A DNA stretch of 64,000 bases from an uncultured Candidatus Saccharibacteria bacterium. Its GTDB lineage: Bacteria; Patescibacteriota; Minisyncoccia; Phycocordibacterales; UBA12445. The DNA lies in NCBI GenBank assembly GCA_964531375.1, contig CAZHDO010000004.1, forward strand, positions 147 through 64,146. The letters run 5' to 3'. The translations under genes and the position numbers were made by a program. Positions 8,296 to 18,361 of this stretch are shown here, piece after piece. Every line of letters begins with the position of its first letter. Position 1 is the first letter of the stretch. A model generated the notes under the pieces. The model was given only the letters and a program-made list of their open reading frames with translations, ran no database searches and had not been told where the DNA came from.

Positions 8296-9764
8296 AAATA
8301 TTTCTGAATATCCTTTAAAATTTTTCCACCCTCGAAGTCTAGTTCTTCTATCTCTTTCAAAATATCCTTCGGTTCTCTCAACACAGCTCCCCCTCCTTTC
8401 TTTGGATTCTTCACAGAAAGGTCAAAAGTTTCCTGGTTAATACCTTTCATATCCACACTCCAGGAGTTTTCTGAATCAGCTTTGGTCTTTTGCAGCTCAA
8501 CGAATTCCGCAAGATCCTTTTCATTAAGAGGATTGGTCTTTCCTAGGTTTCTATCAAGATTAAGCTGGTAATACCAGATCTTTTTCGTAGGAGATCCTTT
8601 TTCAAAAAACAAGACGACGGTCTTTACACCAGCGCCTTGAAATGTACCCCCGGGGAGATCAAGTATTGTGTGTAAGTTACAGGATTCAAGGAGAAGTTTC
8701 CTTAAAGAGACTGAGGCATTATCGGTGTTTGAAAGAAAGGTATTCTTAATAACAATACCAGCTCGTCCCCCTGCTTTGAGAATCTTTATAAAATGCTGTA
8801 AAAAGAGGAATGCAGTTTCTCCTGTCTTAATGGGGAAGTTTTGCTGAACTTCCGCTCTCTCCTTACCACCAAAAGGTGGGTTGGCCAGCGCGACAGAATA
8901 GCGGTCTTTCTCTTGAATGTCGGAGAGGTTTTCTGAGAGGGTATTTGTATGAATAATATGGGGAGCCTCTATGCCGTGGAGGATCATATTCATTATTCCA
9001 ATGATGTAGGCCAAGGACTTCTTCTCCTTTCCGTAGAAGGTACTCTTCTGAAGAGTCTCCATGTCTTTGGTAGAGAGGTTCTTATTCTCTTTCAAATAAT
9101 CAAATGCTTCTACCAAGAAGCCGGCAGAGCCCACGGCGCCATCATAGATCTTATCTCCAATCTTAGGGGCTACAACTTTGATTATGGTTTTTATAAGAGG
9201 GCGTGGCGTGTAATACTCCCCACCGTTTCTGCCAGCATTACCCATGTTCTTGATCTTCACCTCATAGAGATGAGAGAGTTCGTGTTTTTCGGCATGAGAG
9301 CGGAAGCGCATACCGTCTATGATATTTATTATCTCTCTTAGGGCGTATCCGCTTTGAATCCTGTTCTTTATCTCACTGAAAATTTCCCCGATCTTATATT
9401 CAATAGTGTCCGGACTCACTGCGTCGGTCTTAAACTTTTTTAGATATTGAAATAGACCGTTGTCTTTTGGGTCTAAGCGATTAACAAATTCCAATAGGTC
9501 GTCTCCTGTTAAGGCCTTGTTGTGGTCTAGTTTACCATCCTTGCCCTTTGGAGAGGCCCAAGTGTCCCAGTGATACTTAGGAGAGATAATATGCGTATAT
9601 TCCTTACCAGAAAGCTTAGCGGCTAAAGCCCTGTCCTTTTCGAGGTCATCCAAATATCTCAAGAATAAAACCCAGGAAGTTTGCTCAACATAATCAAGCT
9701 CACTGGAGGCACCAGCATCCTTATGGAGAATGTCGTCTATATTTTTGAATGATTGTTCGAACAT
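8292..9764 (-). CDS. hsdM: type I R-M N6-adenine DNA methyltransferase (HsdM)
   Basis: NPPFG catalytic motif (LANPPFGGKERAE); AdoMet-binding region DGAVGSAGFL; HsdM N-domain. Confidence 0.9.
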   Translation of the reverse strand: MFEQSFKNIDDILHKDAGASSELDYVEQTSWVLFLRYLDDLEKDRALAAKLSGKEYTHIISPKYHWDTWASPKGKDGKLDHNKALTGDDLLEFVNRLDPKDNGLFQYLKKFKTDAVSPDTIEYKIGEIFSEIKNRIQSGYALREIINIIDGMRFRSHAEKHELSHLYEVKIKNMGNAGRNGGEYYTPRPLIKTIIKVVAPKIGDKIYDGAVGSAGFLVEAFDYLKENKNLSTKDMETLQKSTFYGKEKKSLAYIIGIMNMILHGIEAPHIIHTNTLSENLSDIQEKDRYSVALANPPFGGKERAEVQQNFPIKTGETAFLFLQHFIKILKAGGRAGIVIKNTFLSNTDNASVSLRKLLLESCNLHTILDLPGGTFQGAGVKTVVLFFEKGSPTKKIWYYQLNLDRNLGKTNPLNEKDLAEFVELQKTKADSENSWSVDMKGINQETFDLSVKNPKKGGGAVLREPKDILKEIEELDFEGGKILKDIQKYL

Positions 9765-9824
9765 GTGGATTTGTTAAAAATTAATTGTTTTTCAACATAC
9801 AATAAATGGGTGAAAGATAAAATA

Positions 9825-11924
9825 TTACTCACCTCCCCCTTGATTCTTTTCAAGCGCTTGTCTAACAAGACTTATGACATCTTCTATTTGTTCAGAAGAA
9901 GAAAGTTTAACCTGAACATCACCATTGCCCCATGTTCCAACACCTGTAACATCTCGACAAATACCCTTAGGATCATTAATCTCTGCGAAAGTTATGTTGA
10001 GCGATAAGGCGAGACACTGTCTCTGAGGAACAATATCTACAAAATTTGTCGTGGTCTTATAAGCAATGTAGCGACGCTTCACCTCCTCTCTAACAGAAGA
10101 GTCTAAATTTAAAATTTCTTTACGGATCTCATAAAACAAATCTAAAAGTGGACCTTGCAGATATTCACTATGTACTTCTAAATTATAAACACGTTCTCGC
10201 TTGTTTTCTTTCTTCTCCTTCTTGTATTTTTGTAGAACCTCAGTAGCCACATCAGGGAATGACCAAACATTTATTGCTACCTTTGTAATATTTTGAGCTC
10301 GCTTCTTGATCTCCTGTTCGTCCCAGTGATCCAATTCTGCGAGACTACGATTTAACATTATTGGGCTATTAGCAAAACCCCCCTTCATGTCTCTTTTCTC
10401 TAAGAATTTCTTATCACTCAATTCTGAATTGTATCCGGTAAGTGTGAGATTTCCGATCGTATGCAAATACTGATCCTGAATTAGCTTCCAATTATCACCC
10501 AATTCTTTTTGCCATGCTTCTGACAGATTCTCGTTCTGGGGTAAAATATGTTCTATTGTGTAACTCTCGACTGAAACTATTTCCTTTCTATCGTGATTTT
10601 CTAGTTTTCTTAATAGATAGTTCCTGTTTCGAAGATTGTAAATATCCTTAATAACAAACTCGCGACGGAACTCTTCGTTGTCTGGAAAACGCTGATATGA
10701 ATCCTTATTCAAAAGAGCGACCTTAACACTGTCTACATAATTCTGCTTATCTATTTCTCTCGAGAGTATGGCAAAGGTCTTATTGAGAGAGTTAGTGGGA
10801 ATACCACATATTGATCGGCGGAATACATAACTCTCGACCATCTTCAATATTTCTACAAAACCCTCTCGACTTAGCACATTAGAATAAAAATCATGATAGA
10901 CGGAAAGCAAAAAAGGATAAGAAACATCAACTTTTAGAGAATCGATATCGCCCAAAATATTATTTATTTCTTTATCCTCCTCTTTTAAGAAAGATAGCTT
11001 AATAAAATATTTCGAATACATAAAAATATCGGCAACAACCTCCTGAATTGTTTTCCTTCCGGTGTCTTTCTGTACATAATTCTTGAAGCTACCATAAACT
11101 TCTTTTATATTGGGAATAAGACCAGTCTTTAAAGTAAGATAATCGCGCATGAAATTATCAAACAGATCAGTGTATTCAGTATTCCCAAATCCCTGCTCCA
11201 TTGGATACCAATATTGACGGTAAAGATTATCTTGCTCCTCTTTCGGGAGAGACATCAAAACGAAGTTTCTTATAAGATCGGCTTGAGATAAGTCTAGACC
11301 AGTAGAATTAAGACTCTCAAAGATTAATTGTGGATTATCATGTTGGTGATCGAGCGAAATATCAACGATAAGAAGTTTCTGCAATCCTTGATAAATGGCT
11401 GTGGCAGAGATATTGGCTGTTTTAATCTTGTTCTCAAACCAGTTATAATTCTCGGCAATTCGGATGGAGCTTTTATCAAGTAGCCCTTTTCTTTCAATTA
11501 GACGGGTAAATGATTCTTTGTCTGTCTGAGTCAATAAAAGTTTATACCTATCTTCACCCTCTTCTTGTCCATTAAATAAATAATAATTTTCAATCTTAGT
11601 GGCTATGCTCTGGTGTTCCGGTATTTCCGACTCTCTTAATGTTTTAGAAAGAGCCGTAAGGAGTAATGAAATTGTAGTTAGGCGCTGTTGTCCGTCTATA
11701 ACCAAGAGCTGTGGCACACTCGCTACTTGATATAATCCCTTTTCAATATATACAATAGATCCAACAAAATGACCGCTCACGGTTGGTTCTTGAACTCTTA
11801 AGATATCTTTCCATAACTGTTCACACTGTTTAATGGTCCAGCTATATGGTCGCTGGTATATAGGTATAACGAACTGTGTCGGTTTTTGAAGAAATTTAAG
11901 TAAGTTTGTTTCTACTGCTTTCAT
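9825..11924 (-). CDS. DUF262/DUF1524 (GmrSD-like) nuclease, putative type IV restriction or defence protein
   Basis: N-terminal DUF262 signature IPIYQRPYSW and DGQQRLTT; C-terminal His-Me/HNH-like SYTIEHILPQN. Confidence 0.7.
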   Translation of the reverse strand: MKAVETNLLKFLQKPTQFVIPIYQRPYSWTIKQCEQLWKDILRVQEPTVSGHFVGSIVYIEKGLYQVASVPQLLVIDGQQRLTTISLLLTALSKTLRESEIPEHQSIATKIENYYLFNGQEEGEDRYKLLLTQTDKESFTRLIERKGLLDKSSIRIAENYNWFENKIKTANISATAIYQGLQKLLIVDISLDHQHDNPQLIFESLNSTGLDLSQADLIRNFVLMSLPKEEQDNLYRQYWYPMEQGFGNTEYTDLFDNFMRDYLTLKTGLIPNIKEVYGSFKNYVQKDTGRKTIQEVVADIFMYSKYFIKLSFLKEEDKEINNILGDIDSLKVDVSYPFLLSVYHDFYSNVLSREGFVEILKMVESYVFRRSICGIPTNSLNKTFAILSREIDKQNYVDSVKVALLNKDSYQRFPDNEEFRREFVIKDIYNLRNRNYLLRKLENHDRKEIVSVESYTIEHILPQNENLSEAWQKELGDNWKLIQDQYLHTIGNLTLTGYNSELSDKKFLEKRDMKGGFANSPIMLNRSLAELDHWDEQEIKKRAQNITKVAINVWSFPDVATEVLQKYKKEKKENKRERVYNLEVHSEYLQGPLLDLFYEIRKEILNLDSSVREEVKRRYIAYKTTTNFVDIVPQRQCLALSLNITFAEINDPKGICRDVTGVGTWGNGDVQVKLSSSEQIEDVISLVRQALEKNQGGGE

Positions 11925-12178
11925 AAAATTTTATTAATTAATGAATTTAAGTATACAACAAATACACTAAAAAAGCGCCTTGAGGAAAAGTGGCTTTTGT
12001 TTTAATAACCCCCCGACACACCCTTCTTAATTTACCCCCTGAGGAGGTCGAGAAACAGACACTTTTTGTGTTTTAAGGTCTTTTAAATAGATAAGATGAG
12101 TAACTTATCATGCCGGGTGAAAGTAGTAAGGACAGGCTCAATTATCTCCATTTTTTATATCTTATAAATGAGCAGAGT

Positions 12179-13036
12179 CTAAAATCCATACATACAAGTA
12201 ATAATTTCCTCTTTCTTAAGGCCCAGGGTCTCGGCTAAATACTGCTCGACTTCGTACATTCCACCAATGGCATCTATAAGGCCCAGCCCCAAAGCCTTCT
12301 TGGCAAAAAACGAAGAACCATCAGAAATCTTTGCGACATCTTCATATTTAAGTTTTCTATTATTTGCTATATCACCAACAAGCTCTTTGTGAAGTTCTTT
12401 TAAATTACCAAGAACCATATCCCTTTCCTCTTGCGTCACAAAACGTTCCCCACTAAAAGTATCCTTGTATTTTGCAGAACTAAGTTGATTATAGTTGAGT
12501 CCTTCTCTTATATTCTTTGCCGCATTATCAACAAAAGACTGAGATATTCCTATTCCCCCAACATCTGAATACTTAGAAGCAAAAATTCTTTGTGCTCCTG
12601 TAGCGGCCCAATAAGCGGCAGAAGCCCCCTGTCCTATTATTAGTGCGACAGTAGGCTTACTTATTCTCTTTAAAACACTCGAAATCTCTTCACCGGCGAC
12701 AGTCCTCCCTCCTCCGGAATCCACCTGAAGAACAACAGCTTGGATAGCTGGATCAGCTCCTGCATCTTCGATAGAATAGTAAACATTATCAGCCACTGTT
12801 TCGTCTGTCCATTCTTCGCTTGTCCCATTTTTATAAGTTGACAAATTTCCCTGCAATTTTATTACAGCCACATTGCAATCGGGTACGGATTCTTCAGAAA
12901 CGGCAAATTCTGGAAAACCTTTAATTAATACGAGAATAGAAGCAGAGGAAAATAAGACCAGAAACAAAACAGTAGTGACAACAAAAATGGTGGTCTTTAA
13001 ATTTAATCCCAAGAAAAAGTTCTTTATACGTTGCAT
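12179..13036 (-). CDS. sppA: signal peptide peptidase SppA (S49 family, 36K type)
   Basis: N-terminal TM helix; GQGASAAYWAATGAQRIFA with catalytic Ser; S49 fold motifs. Confidence 0.75.
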   Translation of the reverse strand: MQRIKNFFLGLNLKTTIFVVTTVLFLVLFSSASILVLIKGFPEFAVSEESVPDCNVAVIKLQGNLSTYKNGTSEEWTDETVADNVYYSIEDAGADPAIQAVVLQVDSGGGRTVAGEEISSVLKRISKPTVALIIGQGASAAYWAATGAQRIFASKYSDVGGIGISQSFVDNAAKNIREGLNYNQLSSAKYKDTFSGERFVTQEERDMVLGNLKELHKELVGDIANNRKLKYEDVAKISDGSSFFAKKALGLGLIDAIGGMYEVEQYLAETLGLKKEEIITCMYGF

Positions 13037-13686
13037 TTTTGTTTATTTTTTATTTTATTCTCGATTAAGGCTATTTGTTCTTCTGTGTCTGAAACCAATT
13101 CGGTGTCTCCCCTGGTTCCTGTTAATACTTGGTTATAGCTTTCTAGTGCCTCCTGAAAGCTACCAAGTTCCTCTAGAACTATCCCTCTTTTGTAGTATAT
13201 GGTTTCTTTTGCTCCTATTTTCTGTGTAATCTCTAATGCTGTATTAAAAGATTCCAATGCTTCGTTCCTTCTACCGAGACTGTCTAGAGAACTTCCTTTT
13301 GCATAATAGATTGAATACAATACTTCCTTATCAATATCGTTTTTCAGAGCATCTTTTATTGCTCGATCAAACATGAATACAGCTTCGTTATATTTTCCAA
13401 GTCCATTTAATGCGCAACCGTTACCATAGCACGAAGCCCCTACATATGAAACTTCTGTATCTTTTTGTTTAATTTTCAGTGCTTTGTTAAACACATGAGT
13501 AGCTTCTTTGTATTTATCTATTTTGTTTAAAGTAAAACCTTTGAGACAGAGAACTTCCATACTAGTTGAGTCAACTCTTAAGATGTCATCTAATACACAA
13601 AGAGCCTCTTCACTTTTATCGGAATAGAATAGGTTGTAGGCTTTTTCGAGATACTCTCCTAAGTTTTGACTGTTTATTATATTCAT
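13024..13686 (-). CDS. TPR-repeat protein
   Basis: Repeated A-x-x-x-F/Y-x-x-A-L TPR-like units (e.g. EEALCVLDDILRVD, EALESFNTALEI). Confidence 0.65.
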   Translation of the reverse strand: MNIINSQNLGEYLEKAYNLFYSDKSEEALCVLDDILRVDSTSMEVLCLKGFTLNKIDKYKEATHVFNKALKIKQKDTEVSYVGASCYGNGCALNGLGKYNEAVFMFDRAIKDALKNDIDKEVLYSIYYAKGSSLDSLGRRNEALESFNTALEITQKIGAKETIYYKRGIVLEELGSFQEALESYNQVLTGTRGDTELVSDTEEQIALIENKIKNKQKCNV

Positions 13687-13913
13687 AATTTATATAAATT
13701 TAAACTCCTTCCATCTTAGTCTTTTTGTAATAATTTAAAACGTAGACAAAATCACAAAAAACTGTTTTTCGGTGTGTAAAAACCTACACTCAAATAACCC
13801 TAGCGCAAGTGGCAGGTTTTTATCTAGACATACAAGGAATATATAAATACACCAACAGAAAATAATACTCCTATAATTCCCCCACCAGAGCCTTCCTTGT
13901 TGTTTATTTATAT

Positions 13914-14690
13914 TTATCTTGTAAATAACTTATTAATCTTCTCTAATTTTGCAATCAAATCGCCAAGGGTTGCCTGAATTATTTCTTCTGTGAATATGAC
14001 ATTACCCCTTGGAGTTGCTATTGGTTCTCCATTTGCAATTTTATTCATTAATACTTCATTTGCCCTTATCCTTACATCAGCTTTATCCTCCGGAAGCAAT
14101 CTCAAAATAGTTTTATTTTCACAATCTAATCTTTCTGGACTTTTATACACCTGACCCATACGCAATGAATACAGGGCATCTTGATAAAACAATCTATTAC
14201 ATTCCTGTGTAAATACTCCGACATCTCTGGTCAACACAAGATCTTCTTCGCACAATCTTCCATGTCGATCCATAATAGACCAAAACTCATTATAGACGGC
14301 ATCAGACGTTGGAATACTGGCATCGCCCTGCAGAACAGATACCATTATTTCTTTCATACGAGTTTCTTCTGCAATGGTGAATTTCACCTCGCCTGAATGA
14401 ATACAAGAACCGCCAGAAACAGATGAAACTGAAGATTTGGTAGTCTCTATTTTTGTTTCAACAACAGGGATACTATTAAAATCTTCAACCGCCTGTACAG
14501 GAAGGTCTGAATATCTTAAATCAATATTATTATTGTTTGTCGATGAATCATCTTGGGCCGATGGCTGAACTAAAGTACTCGAATTATTTGAATTAGTATC
14601 TTGATTAAAAATCATAAATACTCCCAACACAGAAAGAATAATTATAAATAAAACAATACCAGACGTATCTTGTGTTTTTTTGTTTTTCAT
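13914..14690 (-). CDS. membrane-anchored hypothetical protein
   Basis: N-terminal TM helix (IVLFIIILSVLGVFMIF) followed by an S/N-rich linker. Confidence 0.4.
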   Translation of the reverse strand: MKNKKTQDTSGIVLFIIILSVLGVFMIFNQDTNSNNSSTLVQPSAQDDSSTNNNNIDLRYSDLPVQAVEDFNSIPVVETKIETTKSSVSSVSGGSCIHSGEVKFTIAEETRMKEIMVSVLQGDASIPTSDAVYNEFWSIMDRHGRLCEEDLVLTRDVGVFTQECNRLFYQDALYSLRMGQVYKSPERLDCENKTILRLLPEDKADVRIRANEVLMNKIANGEPIATPRGNVIFTEEIIQATLGDLIAKLEKINKLFTR

Positions 14691-14710
14691 AATGTTTTAT
14701 CTTAATCAGA

Positions 14711-15865
14711 CTACTTATTAGGAAAACAATTTTTGCAAGCGCCCTGTGCCTGACCCACTGGGACAAAAGAACAACTTGAGACCGATTGAAATTGAGTACA
14801 ATCTATATAAGGAGTTGCCGTAATAGGCGTTTGTTTCATTGCCGCAACTTTAGCGATGAGGTCAGCCAGAATTGCCTGAAGCTTAATCAAAAGTTCCTTC
14901 ATTTGTTGTGCTGTCATGGTGTTAAGATTAGGAATTTCAACTGGTGTAATAATTATTGGGTCCTGAGAAATACACTTTTTAATTATAATAGGGTTATCAT
15001 TGACACAACCAGGTGGCTGAGAAGATATTATTATCCTTGTTTGTTGATTATTTATACACGAACTCCAATTAGAATAGGTCCATGAAGTACACGCTGGGGG
15101 GACATAAGTGCAAGATTGAGTTGTAACAGGATTACCCTCAACACAACCAGATGGCTGTGAAGATATAATTGTTCTTGTCTGAATTCCATTTGCGCATTGG
15201 CCCCAGTTTGAGTATGTCCAAGAGCTACAACAAGAAACCATTTCATCTTTTAAAATTTCACGATAGTGAGCAATTGTTTCTCTGAGATTCTCTATCTCGG
15301 AGTTTAAGGTAGTTCGATTATATTCTTGATATAAATTATTTTTATAATTAGTAACTTCATCTATTTTTTTGATATAAGATTCCAATAAGGCATCATTGCC
15401 AAACTCATTTCTACAATTAAACAAAAAAGATCCACCAACGGTTAAATAACTAGAAAGACCTCCCTCTTTTTTAAAATTAAAATCTCCCCTAATTGATTTT
15501 AGACAATTAATGTATTTAATTAATTTAGATTGAATATCCATATTACTTTCTAAAAGAAACTCATTGTTTTTGGCTTTAATCAAGTTGTCAATTTCTGCTA
15601 CTAAATAACCATATCTCTCAATTAATTTATTATTAAAATTCTTAAAATTTGTTTCGACTAGCGCTATTTTACTTGCTAATTCTGCTTCCTTTTCTTTTAA
15701 TATCGTTGGGTATTTACAGTAGGTGGTTGGAACATAAATACTTACAAAACCCTGAGGACCAAAGAATGCAACTGCCAATGCGGTTTGGTAAAATCCAAAA
15801 TATCCAAGCATTACAAAAAACATACCTGCCAGGAAAAACATATTCTTTTTGATTTTATTTTTCAT
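14711..15865 (-). CDS. secreted/membrane-anchored protein with coiled-coil region and two thrombospondin type-1-like (W-x-x-W-x-x-C) Cys repeats
   Basis: Tandem ~38-aa repeats CSSWTYSNWGQCANGIQTRTIISSQPSGCV and CTSWTYSNWSSCINNQQTRIIISSQPPGCV, also visible as a diverged ~114-bp nucleotide repeat at about 14960..15240. Confidence 0.5.
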   Translation of the reverse strand: MKNKIKKNMFFLAGMFFVMLGYFGFYQTALAVAFFGPQGFVSIYVPTTYCKYPTILKEKEAELASKIALVETNFKNFNNKLIERYGYLVAEIDNLIKAKNNEFLLESNMDIQSKLIKYINCLKSIRGDFNFKKEGGLSSYLTVGGSFLFNCRNEFGNDALLESYIKKIDEVTNYKNNLYQEYNRTTLNSEIENLRETIAHYREILKDEMVSCCSSWTYSNWGQCANGIQTRTIISSQPSGCVEGNPVTTQSCTYVPPACTSWTYSNWSSCINNQQTRIIISSQPPGCVNDNPIIIKKCISQDPIIITPVEIPNLNTMTAQQMKELLIKLQAILADLIAKVAAMKQTPITATPYIDCTQFQSVSSCSFVPVGQAQGACKNCFPNK

Positions 15866-15873
15866 ATTTTAAA

Positions 15874-17148
15874 TTATATTCCAAACCAAGATCTAAGGCG
15901 AAACCACCAGATATTCTTATTTACAACCGACTTTGATGGCCTATTGGTAGACGTGGCAAATTCATCAGTAGAGGTCACCCCTACTGATATTAAAGGGTTG
16001 AGCTTAAGAGTATCTTTAATTATTTCTTTTGGTGATACTTTAAGTTGGGTCTCAATTTTTTGGATTGGCATTTCTGGAGTTTCAGTCTTTTTTTCAACCT
16101 TAGGAGTCTCTGTGGAGGCTTTGTTGTTAATTTCATTTTGTTTATCAATCCTATTCTGTAGGTCTTGAATTTGATTCATAAGAACAGAGATTTGAGCTGC
16201 GACATCATTTTTCTTTTGTGTTGGTTGTATGGGCTGTACTTGTAAAGGTTGTATTTGTGGAGATTCTATCTGCGGGGGTGTTATCTGCATTGAACTTGTC
16301 AGAGGGTTAGTGGTTTTAGTTTTTAGCCCCCCTGATCTTTGCGCAGAAAGACTCTTTAGCTGAGGAATTGGGCTCTTGATTGTCCTTATAAACGAGGACA
16401 TCATTGATGGTGGGTCAAAAGAATTAAACCAATACTCTAGATTTTCTTTCGGGGATACAATTTCTGGGCGACCAAAAGGTTTGCCATAATACACAATATC
16501 ACCTTCGCTTAATTTTAATGATTTAATCTTTTGATTGTAATTAATTTTTTGAATTCTAACAGAATCAGAGTCACTTTGGTTTGTAAGAGGAAATAAAAAA
16601 TCATCGCTATTATAAATTGTCCATGCCCAACTATCTACATATTTTCCAATCAAATTTTCACACCAACCAAAATCCTCATACAGGGTGTTCTTCACAGAAA
16701 CCAAGGAGGTTCTATCTCCGCTTAATACCTGTTTGGTGCCCCACCCTGAAACATTCTTTGCAGAAAAACAAAGGGTTTTTAAATTTTCTACTGTAGGATT
16801 TTGAAGAAAAGCATCAATAATATTCAGCGAGCCAATCTCAATTTTAACCATATCAACAAACTCACTCTGTGGAATGTTTTCGTCAATGATTAAGGTTGCT
16901 GGTTTGAGTAGTGAGGCATTTCGTGAATTAGAGTCAAAAATAATTTCTTTTTCATCAGCTTTAGAGGTAGAAAAAAGGTCATTAACAGTATCTACCGCGT
17001 TAGACCACAACCCTGCGTGTACGGAAGAGGGGCATTGTAAAAATAAAAGGGTCGTAATGATAAGAAATGATAATTTATTTAGTTTGTTTTTCATATTTTT
17101 TATTCTTCCAAACAAAAAGCCCACCACATGAGTTAGTGACAAAGTCAC
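15874..17148 (-). CDS. secreted hypothetical protein with P/Q-rich linker
   Basis: Signal-peptide-like N-terminus; PQIESPQIQPLQVQPIQPTQ low-complexity linker. Confidence 0.4.
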   Translation of the reverse strand: MTLSLTHVVGFLFGRIKNMKNKLNKLSFLIITTLLFLQCPSSVHAGLWSNAVDTVNDLFSTSKADEKEIIFDSNSRNASLLKPATLIIDENIPQSEFVDMVKIEIGSLNIIDAFLQNPTVENLKTLCFSAKNVSGWGTKQVLSGDRTSLVSVKNTLYEDFGWCENLIGKYVDSWAWTIYNSDDFLFPLTNQSDSDSVRIQKINYNQKIKSLKLSEGDIVYYGKPFGRPEIVSPKENLEYWFNSFDPPSMMSSFIRTIKSPIPQLKSLSAQRSGGLKTKTTNPLTSSMQITPPQIESPQIQPLQVQPIQPTQKKNDVAAQISVLMNQIQDLQNRIDKQNEINNKASTETPKVEKKTETPEMPIQKIETQLKVSPKEIIKDTLKLNPLISVGVTSTDEFATSTNRPSKSVVNKNIWWFRLRSWFGI

Positions 17149-17369
17149 TCATACAAGTTTCCCTGTACGGCAGAACATGCAACCCCATATGATGGGTTCT
17201 TTATGCATGTTCTGACTCTTTTCACCATGCCTGACACTGTGCCAAGTTTAGGCTACTTATTATTAAATTGTCTGCCTCTCTAAAATACCACAAAAACAAG
17301 AAAATATCCAAAAAAATAAACAGTAACCCTGATATTGGATTACTGTTTATTTTTTCAATTTATTATATT

Positions 17370-17609
17370 TTATTCCTCAAGAGAGCGAATGTACGCTTCT
17401 GCTTCACTGCGAGTTAGGTCCTCAATATGATTCAAACATTGCTGGGTTGTAGAAATGTCGTCAAAATGCGAAAAAATCAAATCATGCAACCTCCTTCTCT
17501 GGCCTGGTGTAATAGTTTCCTCTTCATCAAATGGACGTTCAGAAAAATCACCGAAGTTAGCAGAATATTCCCTCGGATGATTATAGTCAGTTATAAAATT
17601 GTTTAACAT
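17370..17609 (-). CDS. hypothetical small acidic protein
   Basis: ORF only. Confidence 0.3.
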   Translation of the reverse strand: MLNNFITDYNHPREYSANFGDFSERPFDEEETITPGQRRRLHDLIFSHFDDISTTQQCLNHIEDLTRSEAEAYIRSLEE

Positions 17610-17659
17610 TGTTATAAATTTAAGTTATTAAAAAGACCAGCGAGTTGCTGGCCATGTAT

Positions 17660-18361
17660 CTATCTCAAACCAATAAAACTGGAGATTTGTTCTGAGGCTT
17701 GCTCACGGGTCATCTCTTCTAATTCAGCGAGCCAATTTTTTTTCTCATCATCCCCATGGACTCTTCGTTTTACCAATGATGTTAATAATTCCTTTTGACG
17801 TGCAGTGATCATCTTAGATTCTTTTGAAGGTTTTTCTTCTGTAACAGTGGGGAGAATTGGGAGATCTTCTAAGTCTTGGGTAAAAATTTCAGAAAGATTT
17901 GTGGATCTAATAACCCCATCTATAAATGCTGATTTTAACGACATCTTAATGGTCTTATTTGGATCATTGTCGTTCTTTGCAAGTGTACTAGCTCCTCGTC
18001 CCTGGCCCATGACACTATTACCGCGGTATAGATTGCATACATAGGCAATGAGACCAGGGACACTCTTAAATGCTTCCATTGTCTCATTATCGCGAGAGAA
18101 AGTAGCTGTCAGTGAATAAATACTGGCAAGTTTTTCTGCGCCACCCTTGGCCAGCGACTTTTTGCCTTTGATTACATAATAATCATGGTTCTCTTTGAGT
18201 GTTGGCAAAACTTGGGAAATAAAATAGCTTTTGCGGAGTAGCATGTCGTCTACCCCCTGCCTGAAGCTTTGCATGGCGGTGGTATCTCCCAAGCGGATAG
18301 CACCCTTCTCGATTGTTTGTACGTTGTTCATTGTTTTTAAATTATCTTCTAGTAATAACAA
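17660..18361 (-). CDS. hypothetical protein (island cargo; TTG start in the track, an internal ATG 10 codons in is likelier)
   Basis: ORF only; no motif recognised. Confidence 0.35.
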   Translation of the reverse strand: MLLLEDNLKTMNNVQTIEKGAIRLGDTTAMQSFRQGVDDMLLRKSYFISQVLPTLKENHDYYVIKGKKSLAKGGAEKLASIYSLTATFSRDNETMEAFKSVPGLIAYVCNLYRGNSVMGQGRGASTLAKNDNDPNKTIKMSLKSAFIDGVIRSTNLSEIFTQDLEDLPILPTVTEEKPSKESKMITARQKELLTSLVKRRVHGDDEKKNWLAELEEMTREQASEQISSFIGLR

